Positions 25,191-37,617 of a DNA stretch of 64,000 bases are shown in pieces; within the stretch, counting starts at the first letter, position 1; the number at the start of each line of letters is the position of its first letter. The notes below the pieces were generated by a model. The model was given only the letters and a program-made list of their open reading frames with translations. It did not search any database and had not been told where the DNA came from. The translations under genes and the position numbers were made by a program. The DNA is from the human T2T-CHM13v2.0 reference genome, Homo sapiens: the NCBI RefSeq assembly GCF_009914755.1, contig NC_060930.1; one strand, written 5' to 3'.

Positions 25191-26273
25191 GGCAATAACT
25201 TGCTTGTCTGACCCTTTCTCTCCCCCTGTATCTTTCTCTTGGTGCTTTCTCTTGGTTCCTTCAGACCTTCTTGGGCTCCCTCAACTGAAGGAAAGTAGCT
25301 GAGAAAGATTGTAGACCCAGCCAGTGTTGTAGGAGGATTCTGTGGGTTCCAAGAGTAGGGTGAACCTGAACCTGGCTCTCTGTTGTTGTCACTATGGAGG
25401 AAAAGTATTTCTTTAAGATGAGAGGCTGCATAGTAACTAGGGTTAAATGCAATCAGAGGCAGCCTGACAAAGAATTTCCTTGTCCAAAAACACGAAACAG
25501 GGACAGCAGCTTGTGTGGGATCAAGCAGAAAGGAGTGACAGACCTGGTTTTGTGTTTGCACATTATTAAACAACTTTAAGTATATGTAATATTAACACTG
25601 TGGGTCTTTGAGATCATGTCTTTCTTCCTGGTCCACTCAAGTTTGAGGAACATTGTTCTAATTCAAAGAGTAATTCTAATTGTAGATCTTGAAGGTCAAG
25701 AGAAAGGAGAAAACATGGTAGGTGAGTAGGGGAGGTATTTGCAGGCAATCCCCTGGAAATAAGTCACATTTTTTCCTTGATTCATATATTTATTTGGTAA
25801 TGAAGATTTATTTCTAAGTGAAGGATAGAGTCAGTAGGACTAGTATAGATAAGCTGTTTTGGTCAGCAAAGTTTATCTTTACTCCTACAGTCTTCTCCAG
25901 GAAGCCATCACAAATCTTTTTGGCACTCTTCATGCTCTTTTTTCAGGGGACTCTTCAGCTTCTAGAATGGTGAGCAATGACCTGGTTAGGAGCCAGGCTT
26001 CTTTTGCATGTCCTGGCCCCAGACTATTCTTAACATCCACCTAAAATACATATTGCATATCTTTTGAGCCTGTGTATTCTAAGGAGAGGTCACTTGTTTT
26101 ATCTTACTGATATGCTTTTCTAATTTTTAAATATTCTCTCATTCATCAATACTTAATTTTTCTATCTAATGTTCTTCTATTCTCTTTCTTACTGCTTTCC
26201 AGGGTAAAAGCTTGCTGATAAAATAAATGAGACCATAATTTAAGATAATGGCTTTAGGGTTTAGTTAGCCCTT

Positions 26274-26636
26274 TTTATTAGTCTGTTCCTTTGCTGCTAT
26301 GAAGAAATACCTGAGACTGGGTAATTTATAAAGAAGAGAGGTTTAATTGACTCACAGTTCTGCATGGCTGGGGAGGCTTCAGGAAACTTACAATCATGGT
26401 GGAAGGCACCTCTTCACAAGGCTGCAGGAGAGAGAATGAGTGTAAGCAGGGTAAATGCCAGATGCTTATAAAACCATCAGATCTCATGAGAACTCACTTA
26501 CTAACATGAGAACAGCATGGGGAAACTGCCCCTATGATCCAATCATTTCCTGCCAGGTCCCTTCCATGACATGTGGGGATTATGGCAACTCTAATTCAAG
26601 ATGAGATTCGGGTGGGGACACAACCAAACCATATCA
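26274..26636 (-). mobile_element. THE1C-like MaLR solo LTR
   Basis: AAATACCTGAGACTGGGTAATTTATAAAG ... TTCAAGATGAGATTCGGGTGGGGACACAACCAAACCATATCA; 5-bp TSD CCCTT/CCCTC. Confidence 0.9.
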
Positions 26637-27524
26637 CCCTCCATAATGATATGTGCATTTTAAAATATCCTTCTGAAGAAAATGCTTTATTTCCAAAGCT
26701 TTACTTTAATTGTGAGATTTGGAGCTCTATAATTTTCTTGTCAGAGCACAAAGGTCTTTCATAGCTTACCAAATAACATAATATAGGCAGCTTACTGGTT
26801 TACAGCACAGAGGGCAGAGCATCACTACTTATTTTGGTGAGACTGATAAAGTCAGATGTATCTTGGGCACAAAGTAACTATAATTTTGTTTGATTTTATC
26901 TAAATTCAAGATAAAGCAGTATTCTTTTTTTTTATTTAATTATGGAAACACCTTGCTTTGGGATCTATAAAAATATCTAAATTCAACTTCGAAACAACCA
27001 AATAGTTTAATTAAATTCCTAGAATTGTAGAGTGATACAAGAAGTGGGATGTTGAACTAAAAAGCTACATCAAATTCTGATTTTGGAAAAGAAAGCAATG
27101 TAATATTTTGGTTGCATCTTTCAGGTGACTATAAAATGTTGACTTAAACATTGACAAATTACAATTAAATATTACCTAGGAAAATTGCTGTTTTAATTAT
27201 ATTGACTTAGACATCTCACTCAAGTTGATTGTGAAACTACCTTTTTATTATCTAGGAATCTTTCATATATGTTGTAGGAGTTTTGTTAAATATCCGCATA
27301 GATCTTTGTAATGTTTAGTCACTTTTTTCCCTTGATGTTTTATTTTCTGACACAGCTTCAAATTCTGCATTTGAATCTTGAATACTTCTCTCGTGACCTT
27401 TAGTTTTCTGATCACGAGAGCTCATGAAGTGCTGGGTAAAATTAATGAAAAATGACCTTAAATCTTGAATTTCAAGTATTAATAAAGAAATATTCTTCCA
27501 ACTTTTATAAAAAGTCAATGCCTA

Positions 27525-29110
27525 TTAATGATAAAAATTTCTCTGTAAACTAGTATTTAAATAGAACTTGCTTAACCCAATAAAGTCATCTATAAAAAAG
27601 CTTACAGTTAATATTTTATTTAATGGCAAAATGAAATACTTTGCCTAAGATCAAAATAGGGAAGGATGCCCATTGTCATCACTTCTCTTCCACATTATAT
27701 CAAAGTCCTAGCCAGTACAATAAGGAGAAAGAAATAAACTCATGTAAATTTGAAAAGAAGAAATAAAACATTTTATTTGTAGATGATATGATCATGTATG
27801 AAGAAAACTCTATGGAACCCACAAAAAAACTCTTGGAAATAATAAGTGAATTTAGTCAAATTGCAAGATCCAAGATTGATATAAAATAGTCAATTGAATT
27901 GTTATATACTGGCAGCTAACAATTGGAAAACAATACTTGAAAAATAATACCATTTGCGATACAGTAAAAAAAATCAAATATCTGAAAACAAGTTTAATAA
28001 AAAATGTGCAAGACCCTACACTAAAATTTATACAATGTTACTTGGAGAAACTTTAAAAGATCTAAATTGATAGATAAATATCACGTCTGTAAATTGTTAG
28101 ACTCAGTATTGTTAAGAAGACCAAACTGATCTATATGTTCAACTCAATCTCAATCATAGTCTCAACATACTTTTTTGGAGAAATGATAAATTCTAAAACT
28201 TCTGAAGAAATTGATAAATTCTAAAATTGAAATTGAAATTCAAAGAATCTAGCATAGCCAAAGCAATCTTGGAAAAGAATAAAGTGTAAAGACTTATGCT
28301 ACCTTATTTTAGGATTTATTTTACAGCTATAATAATTAAGACACTGAGGTGATGGGGTAAAGATAGATTAAATAGGTCAAGAAAACTGAACAGAGCTCAG
28401 AAATAGACTCATGTATATACAGTAAATTGCTTTTCCATCAAGCACCCAGTCAGTGGGAAATTCATTAGAGGAAAGGAATCTTTTTAAGAAATGGCAATGG
28501 AACAATTCACTATTCTTTTGGAAAAGGTGACCCTTAGCTCCCTACTTCACACCATAAATAAAATCTAATTTGAGACAAATAACAATAAAAGCTAGAACCA
28601 TAAAATGTCTACAGAAACCTCAAGAAAATATCTTTGTGATCTTGAGGTAGCCAATGATTTTTTAGAGGGGATACAAAAGCACGAATTTTAAAAGAACACA
28701 ATTCATAAAATAAACTTTATCAAAATTAATAATCTACTTATTAGAAGATATCATCAACCCCCCATATCCCAAGAAAACAAAAAAGAACTGAGAAGTGAAC
28801 CATGAATTGGGAGAAAATATTCACGATGCTTATATTTGACAAGATTCACATCTAGAATAGATAAAGATTTCCTACAAATTGACAATAAAAATCAAATCCA
28901 TAAAAAATGGGCAAAAGATTTGAACAAGAACTTCAAAAAGAAAATAACTGAATGATAAAAATTAAACACATAAAAATGGATTCAACATCATAGTACTCAA
29001 GAAAATGCAATTGAAAACCACAAGATAACATTCCATACCCACTAGAATGGCTAAAATAAACAATGTCTGGCAATTTTCAAAGTTAGTAAGGTTATGGAGC
29101 AACTGGAATC
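27525..29110 (+). mobile_element. Ancient L1M ORF2 3'-half remnant
   Basis: Colinear, highly diverged RT and C-terminal ORF2 (GGATGCCCATTGTCATCACTT; TTTGTAGATGATATGATC; AAATGGGCAAAAGATTTGAACA; ATACCCACTAGAATGGCTAAAAT). Confidence 0.85.
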
Positions 29111-29707
29111 AGATCAGTGCTATTGTGAAATGAGTTTCAATTTCTGTTCATGTTAAATTCTATTCAAAGTGATTTGATTTATGTGATAAAATTGTTTCTG
29201 GAAAATGTTATTCATCCATGCAATTACCCAACAATTATGTATTTATAGTTCATAATGGGTGAAACAAAGTTGTTCGTACCTTCAAAGAGCATGTAGACAA
29301 GTTTGCAAATTAAAGCCTTGTTAAGTCAGCCACTATATAGTTACTGTTGTTTATCACATTTTCTTGAATCCCAAACACATGTATTGTCTTACAACCAATT
29401 TCAAAATAAATCTGACAACTGATTGATCTTCTTACCAAGGACTTTTTATTAAATCAATGGTACATTTTACAGTTGAGGAAATGCATTAAATACATATAGC
29501 TATTATATTCAAATCAGCCAGCTGTTCTGTCTGGAGGAAGTACATTTTAAACATGAAAAGAAAAGGGTAAAAGCAATGACTATCTCCTAATTGAAAAAAA
29601 AATCATAGGAGGTTATAGACTCTCATTTTATTTATTTTGTGGATTGGGAGAAGGGTTGGTTCTAATTTCTGTCACAGACTGAAAGCAGAGCCTTTAAGGG
29701 ATTTGGC

Positions 29708-29948
29708 GAAGGGGTTAAGAGTTGGACTGTGGGGTCAGACAGACCCCTGTACTGATCTTTTATTTACCAAGTACTTCAATGACTTAAATGCAGGATAATT
29801 GCTTACCCTCTGTGGGCCTCAGTTTCCTTCTGTATAATGATGCCAGACTTAATGGGCAGTGGTGAGGTTAAATGAGTTTCATTTAAAAGGTGTTCAAGAC
29901 AGTGCTTCACATATTGTAGGTATTCACTAAATTGCAGCTCATATTATT
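29708..29948 (+). mobile_element. MIR
   Basis: GGTTAAGAG ... CTCTGTGGGCCTCAGTTTCCTT ... GTGAGGTTAAATGAG ... ACAGTGCTTCACATATTGTAGGTATTCACTAAAT. Confidence 0.75.
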
Positions 29949-30815
29949 AACTAAAATCCTTCTTCTGATAAGAATCAGAGTTGTAGCCCCCAATTCTAAA
30001 GAAGGTTGGGGTACTATCTCTTTCTAATCTTTGCCAATTTTATAGGCAAAAATATCTTGCATTTAAAAAAATTAAATCCATGAACATTCAAATCCTCTTT
30101 TATGTTTCCCAATAAAATTTTATAGAAAATGGGAAAATTGTTACTTAATTCCTTCCCTTAGGGTTAAGGAAAATGGAGCACCTCAGGTTCTGAGGTTTCA
30201 ATTCCTGTTATGGCCAATAAACATAAAAATAGGTTTCACTTTGCCTATAGTACATGTCATTAGTTCTTTGGGTTTTATTTTATTGTTGGTTGGGGCTGCG
30301 GTACTCAGGTTACTTTTGGCTTAGTAATAAGGTAGCATACTGGACATTTTTACAAGATAAGTGTAAATATAGTACTTTAACATGTAGTAATCCCAAGTTT
30401 CTGTTTATATCTCAAAACAGTCATTGTTTTTAAAAAGTTATTTATTTCAGAAGAAAAATATTTTCATTACAAGCCCTTTTATTCTTTGATTCTTTTGTAT
30501 TTTTAAATATATCATAGTGGTACATATTTTTGGGTTACATATAATATTTTCATACATATAATATTTTCATACATATATACAATGAGTAATGATCAAATCT
30601 GGGTAATTGAGATATACATCACCTCAAACATTTATCTTTTCTTTGTGTTGGAAACATTATAATTTCTTCTTTTTTAGCTATTTTGAAATATACAATAGAT
30701 TATTAACTATAATTTTCCTACTGTACTATCAAATACTAGAATTTGTTTTTTCTAACTGCGTTTTTGTACCCATTAACTAGCTTCACTTCATCTACCCGCT
30801 TTCCCCTTTTCCTTC

Positions 30816-31200
30816 TGATGTGGTTTGGCTCTGTGTTCCAACCCAAATCACATCTTGAATTGTAATCCCCACATGTCAGGGGAGGGACCAGGTGGGAGGT
30901 GATTGGATAATGGGGGCTGTTTCTCCCATGCTGTTCTCGAGATAGGGAGTGAGTTCTCATGAGAGCTGATGGTTTTAAAGAGGGGCACTTCATTGTTCTT
31001 GCACACACTCCCTCTTGATGCATTGTGAAGAAGGTACCTGCTTCCCCTTCACCTTCCACCATGACTGTAAGTTTCCTGAGGCCTCCCATCCATGCTTTCT
31101 GTTAAGCCTGCAGAACTACGAGTCAATTAAACCTCCTTCCTTTATAATTACCCAGTCTCAGGTAGTATTCTTTATAGCAGTGTGATAATGGACGAATACA
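30816..31200 (+). mobile_element. THE1D-like solo LTR
   Basis: TGATGTGGTTTGGCTCTGTG ... AATTACCCAGTCTCAGGTAG ... AATACA; perfect 5-bp TSD CCTTC (30811-30815, 31201-31205). Confidence 0.92.
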
Positions 31201-34087
31201 CCTTCCCAGCCTCTGTTTACCATGATTTCAGTCTCCACCTCCATGAGATCTACTTTTTAAACTCCCACCTATGAGTGAGAACATGTAATATTTGACTTTC
31301 TGTGCCTGGTTTATTTCACCTGACATTATGACCCACAGTTCCCTCCATGTTGCTAAAAATGACAGGATTTCATTCTTTTTTATGACTAAATAATATCCTA
31401 TTGTGTCTACATACCACATTTTCTTAATGCATTCATCCACTGATGGACACTTAGGAAGAGTCCATATTTTTGCTAATGTAAATAGTGCTGCAATAGACAC
31501 AGGAGTGCAGATATCTCTTCAACATACTTATTTCCTTTCTTTTGAATATATACCTAGCAGTGCTGGATCATAGGATAGTTCTATTTTTAATTATTTGAGG
31601 AACCTCCATACTGTTTTCCATGATGGCTGTACTACTTTACATTCACACCATCCACTGTATGACCATTAACTTTTCTCTACATCCTCACCAGCATTTGTTA
31701 TTTTTTTTGCCTTTTTGATAGTAGCCATTTTAACTGAGGTGTGATGATATCTCCTTATGGTTTTGATTTGCATTTTCTTTATGACTAGTCATGTTGAGCA
31801 CTTTTTCATATACTTGTTGGCCATTTATATGTCTTCTTTTGAGAAATGTCTATTCAGATCTTTTGTGTATTTTAAAATCAGATTACTAGTTTTTTTTCTT
31901 TTTAGCTATTGAATTGAGTTCCTCATATATTCTGGTTATTAACCCCTTGATAGATAGCTAGCTTACAAACATTTTCTCCGATTCTATAAGCTATCTCTTC
32001 ATTATGTTAGTTATTTCCCTTGTTGTTCAGGAGATTTTAGCTTGATGTAATCCTACTTGTCTTTTTTTTTTTTTTTTTTTGCTTTTGTAGCTGTGCTTTT
32101 GAGATCTTGCCCTGCCCTCAAAATCTTTGCCTAGCATTTCCCCAATGTTTTCTTTTAATCATATTATAGTTTCAGGTCTTACATTTAAATCTTTAATCTA
32201 ATTTGTGTTGATTTTTGTATATTGTATAAGATGGGTATTTAGTTCCTTCTTCTGCATGTAGATATCTAATTTTCCCAGAACCATTTATTAAAGAAACTGT
32301 ATTTTCTACAATGTATGTTCTTGGTACTTTTGTCAAAAATGAGTTGTCTATAAGTGTACGATGTATCTCTGGGTTCTCTAATCTGTTCCATTGTTTTATG
32401 TGTCTGTTTTTATGCCAGCACCATGCTGTTTTGGTTATTACAGCTTTGTAATATAATTTGAAAACAGGTAGTGTGATTATTCCAGCTTTGTTCTTTTTCC
32501 TCAGAATTGCTTTTTTATTTGGATTCTTCTGTGGTTCTGTACTGTATGAATTTTAGAAGTTTTTTTCTATTTCTGTGATGACTTTCATTGGTAATTTGAC
32601 AAAAATTGTACTGAATCTGTAGACTATTTTGAGAAGTATAGACATTTTAACAGTATTAATTATCCCAATCCATGAACACAGGATATCTTTCCATATTTTG
32701 GTGTCCTCTAATTTCTTTCATCAGTGTTTTATAGCTTTTCTTGAAGAGACCTTTCACTTATCTGGTTAAATGTATTCCTAGGCATTGTATTTTTTATAGC
32801 TATCACAAATGAGATTGCTTTCTTAATTTTTTTTCAGATTAATCATAGTTAACAAATAGAAACTATTGATTTTTGTATGTTGATTTCGTATCTTGCAATT
32901 TTACTAAAATGGGTTAGCAATTCTAAGAGTTTTTTGGTGAAGGCTTTAGGTTTTTATAAATATAAGATCATGTCTTATGCAAACAAGAATGATTTGACTT
33001 CTTTCTTTCCCATTTGAATGCCTTCTTTTCCTTTCTCTTGCCTAACTGCTCTTGGCTAAGACTTCTAGTACTACATTGAATAAAAGTGTTGAAAGTGGGC
33101 ATCCTTGTCTTTTTTGAGATCTTACTTAAAAGGCTCTCAGTTTTTCCCTTTTCAGTATGAGATTAGCTGTGGGATTGTCATATATGGCTTTCATTGGGTT
33201 GAGGTATGCTCCTTTTATATCCAATTTGTCAAAAGTTTTTATTGTAAAGGGATGTTGAGTTTTATCAAATAATTTTTCAATATCAACATAATGATCATAT
33301 GTTTTTTTGCCCTTGTTTCTGTTGATATGATGTATCATGTTTATTGATTTGATTATGTTGAACCATGCTTGCATCCCTGGGAGAAATCCCACTTGATCAT
33401 GGTAAATTATCTCATTAATGTGTTTGCTAATATTTTGTTGAGAATTTTTGGATCTACATTTATCAGGTATATTGGCGTATAGTTTTATTTTTGTTTGTAT
33501 GTCCTTGTCTTGTTTTTGTGTAGCATAATGCATGCCTTGTAGAATGTGTTTGTGAGTATTCCCTCCTCTTCAACTTTTTTTTGAAATAGGTTAGTAGAAT
33601 TGGTATTAGTTCTTTCTTAAATGCCTGGTAAAATTCAGCAGTGAATTCGTCATGTTCTGGGCTTTCTTTGATGGGAGACTTTTTATTACTACTTCAGTCT
33701 CATTACTCAATATTGGTCTGGTTAGGTTTTTCCATTTTCTTCCTGGTTTAATCCTGGTAGGTTGTATTTTTTACATTTATTTTAGGTTTTCCAATTTATT
33801 GACATCTAGCTGTTTATTATAGTCTCTAATGATCCTTTGTATTTCTATGGTAACTGTTGTAATGTTTCCTTTTTCATCTCTGATTTTATGTATTTGGGTC
33901 TTCTCTCTTTTTTCTTAGTCTAACTAAAGGTTTATTATTTTGTTTATATTTTTTAAGTGTCATTTTTATTTATTTCTGCTCTGATCTCTAATATTTCTTT
34001 CCTTCTACTAACCATTATTTGCTTTATTCTTGCTTTTCTAGTTCTTTTAAGTGCATTGTTAGGTTATTTAAGAGGAGCGTTTCTGTA

Positions 34088-34379
34088 TTTTTTTTTTTTT
34101 TTTTTTTTTTGAGACACAGTCTCACTCTGTCACCCAGGCTGGAGTGCAGGCAATCCTGGCTCACTGCAAGCTTCGCCTCCCAGGTTCACGCCATTCTCCT
34201 GCCTCAGCCTCCCGAGTAGCTGGGACCACAGGAGCCCGCCACCATGCCTGGCTAATTTTTTCTATTTTTTAGTAGAGACGGGGTTTCACCATTCTAGCCA
34301 GGATGTTCTTGATCTCCTGACCTCGTGATCCGCCCGCCTCAGCCTCCCAAAGTGCTGGCGTGAGTCACCATGCCCGGCC
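34088..34379 (-). mobile_element. AluY-like with two small internal deletions
   Basis: CACTGCAAGC..GGTTCACGCCATTCTCC diagnostic; long poly-T; TSD GCGTTTCTGT(A/G)TTTT. Confidence 0.93.
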
Positions 34380-35428
34380 GCGTTTCTGTGTTTTTGATGT
34401 AGACCTCCATCACTATAATATTTCCTCTTAGTGCCCCTTTTGCTGTATTTCATGGTACAGTATGTTGTGTTTCATTTGAATTTTATTCAAAAAATTTAAA
34501 TTTTCCTTATAATTTCTTCATTGACCCATTAGATGTTCAGGAACATGTTGTTTAATTTCCATGTGTTTGTATTATTTCCAAAGTTCCTCTAGCTTTTTAG
34601 TTTTATTCTTTTGTGGTCAGAAAAGATACTTCATATGGTTTAGACTTTAAAAAATTTGTTGAGACTTGCTTTTTGACCTAATATATGGTCCATCCTGGAG
34701 AATGTTCCATGTGCTGAAGAGAAGTTGGATGAAGTGGTCTGTAAATGTATGTTAGGTCTATTTGATCTAGAGTATAGTTTAACTCTGATGTTTGTGGATT
34801 TTCTGCATAAGTGTTCTGTCCATTCCATTGCTTAAGATGGGGTATTGAAGTCCCCTACTATTATTATATTGCAGCCTATCTCTCCCTTTAGATCTCTTAA
34901 TATGTGCTTTATATGTTTGAGTTCTTCGGTATTGGATGAATACATGTTTATTCTCCTCTTTGTGCTCCTTTCCATTTCACTGATGGTACACACTACTGAC
35001 CATTTATATGACAATTATTTCTTTATGAAGTTGTTTCTCCTTGTGCACTCAACAAGACCTTATTAATTTCGCGCCCTAATGTTCACTGATTCACAGATAC
35101 ATTAATACAATCTTATTGTAATGGTTTTAGAACTTAGAATGGACTACCAAACTTTGGAACTGCTCTAAATGACTTTAAAAACTCAGATAGTTCTTAACTC
35201 TCTGGGCATATTTAGTTCCAAATATCGGTGGGGGCATTAACTAGGCAACTTTTCACTGTCCCTTTCAACTTTGTGAATCAACATTAACAAACTTATTTGC
35301 TTTGTTTTCAAAAGAGTAGAAATATACTTCATACCAAGTCTTCAAAACTTTAGTTATTAGAAAGAATTTAAGCATAGTCATAGAGCATTGGTCCTAATTT
35401 ACCTATCACCTGCAGTACTTAAAAACTA

Positions 35429-35715
35429 GGTTGGGCATAGTAGCTCATGCCTTTAATCTCAGCCCTTTGGGAGGCTGAGGAGGGAGGATTACTTGAGCCC
35501 AAGAGTTTGAGATCAGCCCGAGCAACATAGTGAGACCCTATCTCTATAAAAAATAAAAAAAATTAGCTGGGTGTGGTGGCATGCCCCTGTTGTCCCAGCT
35601 ACTCAGGAGGCTGACGCAGGAGGATTGCTTGAAACCAGGAGTTTGAGGGTGCAATGAACTGTGATTGTACCATTGTATTCTAGCCTGGGAGGCAGAGTGA
35701 GACCCTGTTATAAAA
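35429..35715 (+). mobile_element. AluJ
   Basis: GGAGGATTACTTGAGCCCAAGAGTTTGAG ... GCAACATAGTGAGACC (AluJ diagnostics). Confidence 0.92.
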
Positions 35716-36164
35716 GTTATTGGTAAAAATTAATTACTTTATGATTCAGATAATTCAGATTACACAAAGCTTCAACAGCAGGCTTTTGGAACAATGTGTT
35801 TCCTCTTTTAAAAGGCATGTTTTTATTTTCAATGGAAGCAAAAGATTCTTAGTGAACATTTAGTAAAAGTATATTTAAATCATGATGAAAATAAGATAAA
35901 TGAGTCGTAAGCAATATGAATATAATCTCTGCTTGTCTTATGTTCACACATAAATTGCTGTCTTGCCTTTATCCAAATATTTTCAGTGATAATCTCATAT
36001 ATTAAGTATTTTGGCAGTTTTTTAATCATCTTGTGTTTATTATCACAGACTTTGGAACAAAATTTAAATAGAAATAAATAAAAGGAAAAGTGTAAAAACC
36101 ATTCACAGATGTAAACATTCTGGCATTTTTCTGTCTGGGCTTTAAAAATATGTATTTCTGGAAA

Positions 36165-36709
36165 CATTGTTGTTTATTCAGTGTACATCCCTGACTTCCT
36201 TTATCCTTCCTTACAGAATCTCAAGTATGTTCAGGCATCTTACCCCTTCCCATAGTCATGTACTTTGGAGGGAGAGGCTGACCCCTTCATCAGCCCTGGG
36301 GGTGACTCTTGATTGGTCTAAACCAATCATGGTTGTTTCCCTTATTTGGGATTGGCTTAGGCAGGTGATGCAATTCTGACCAATGAGACATGAAGGGAAG
36401 TCAGCTTCGTGGCTCAGGGAAAGGATTCACTGTTTTAAGAGATACACACAGGAAGAGATGGCCTCTTTCTTTCTTTCTTTGGATATTTTCATGTCTCTGT
36501 GTGGTTTGCAAGTAAAGTTATCATCTTGTGGCTATGAGGGCTGCTGGGCTAGCTTGAGAGAAAATTATTTGCACTAAGAATGGCAAATCAGGAAGCTACA
36601 AGTAACTTGAATCCTTGATGACATCATTAGGTTGCTGAATTAACCAACCTTAGAACTGTTTATCTCTGCTCATATGGCTCAGTGAGATAAAATACTTTGT
36701 TATTTAAGC
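36165..36709 (+). mobile_element. MLT1J-like LTR, with its 3' end resuming at ~37618-37660
   Basis: TTGATTGGTCTAAACCAATCATGG ... CAATTCTGACCAATGAGACATGAAGGGAAGTC ... CCTTGATGACATCATT ... TTATTTAAGCC. Confidence 0.75.
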
Positions 36710-37617
36710 CAATGGTTTTCAAACTTCATGCTAGTACCCTGGAAAGTCAAAAACTATCCAGGTGGTAAATAGGTATAAATAGCTTTAAAGAAATCAATTT
36801 CCAGATCCTCAACTTCTACAAGTACTCTGTACTAAAATTGATTGACCTTTGGAAAACACACGAAACAAGGAGGTTGTGGCAGTTCTCATTTCCCACCTCT
36901 TTCATAATCGCTTCTTTTACGCTTTACACAGGAAAGATCTACCACTCACTTATTCTGTTTCACTAAGGTTTATCACCTAAGTTGTAAAATAACATCAAGA
37001 AAGCTCCCTTAATTGGGGCATCAAAATCAATCCCTCATCTATCTGATTAACAATATTATTTTCAATAAAAATTTTCTTTTTATTAATAATTTTTAATAAT
37101 TTACAACTTTTTGGCAGTTTGACTAATTCTTTAATAGTATTTGACATAACTAGAAGATATTTTGATTACTTGGAGTTTTATGATACTAGAAAATTAATTT
37201 TTAAATTTAAAATTAAAAAATATTTTTATTGCACAGAAGTGTGACAGAATATCTGTAAAGGATTTTCAAGCGTAAAAGTACATACTTCATTAGAATAGCT
37301 GTGAGGAAGGTATAATGGAAGTACAAGTTCAAGGAAGAAAAGGAATACCTATTAAATAAGACCTTTTAAGTTTCATTTAAAAATTCATGACAATGGGCAT
37401 AAAACTGTAATGCCATTAAATTTCCATTGTTAAATTCAAAACTGGGAATTAAAATTTTTTTTAAAAAACAAGGTTTATGATTTTCTGATATTATCTACCT
37501 CACAAATATTTAAACTTATGAGAAAAAATTTTAGATATCAACTTAAAATGAGAAGATACATAGTTTCTCAAAAAAAATGAGAAGATACACTAGCCCCAAA
37601 ATTTTGAAGTTCACTGT
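36710..37617. mobile_element. hAT-Charlie non-autonomous DNA transposon inserted into MLT1J
   Basis: Imperfect TIRs CAATGGTTTTCAAA / TTTGAAGTTCACTG; AT-rich interior; host LTR continues on both sides. Confidence 0.6.

Larger units (their letters stand above)
30486..34946 (-). mobile_element. 5'-truncated L1MA (L1MA4/5-like), interrupted by THE1D and AluY
   Basis: L1MA-type 3'UTR (AATGATCAAATCTGGGTAATT); ORF2 remnant ORFs (IAALFTLAKIWTLPKCPS, HDQVGFLPGMQAWFN, IIVGDFNTP); possible TSD TTTATTCT. Confidence 0.88.

Noticed and set aside
25133-25573. 146-aa minus-strand ORF
   Set aside because: Non-ATG start, ends in a MIR fragment, no recognisable homology
30160-30240. GGTTTCAATTCC B-box-like motif suggesting a tRNA
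   Set aside because: No cloverleaf; at most a decayed tRNA-derived SINE remnant
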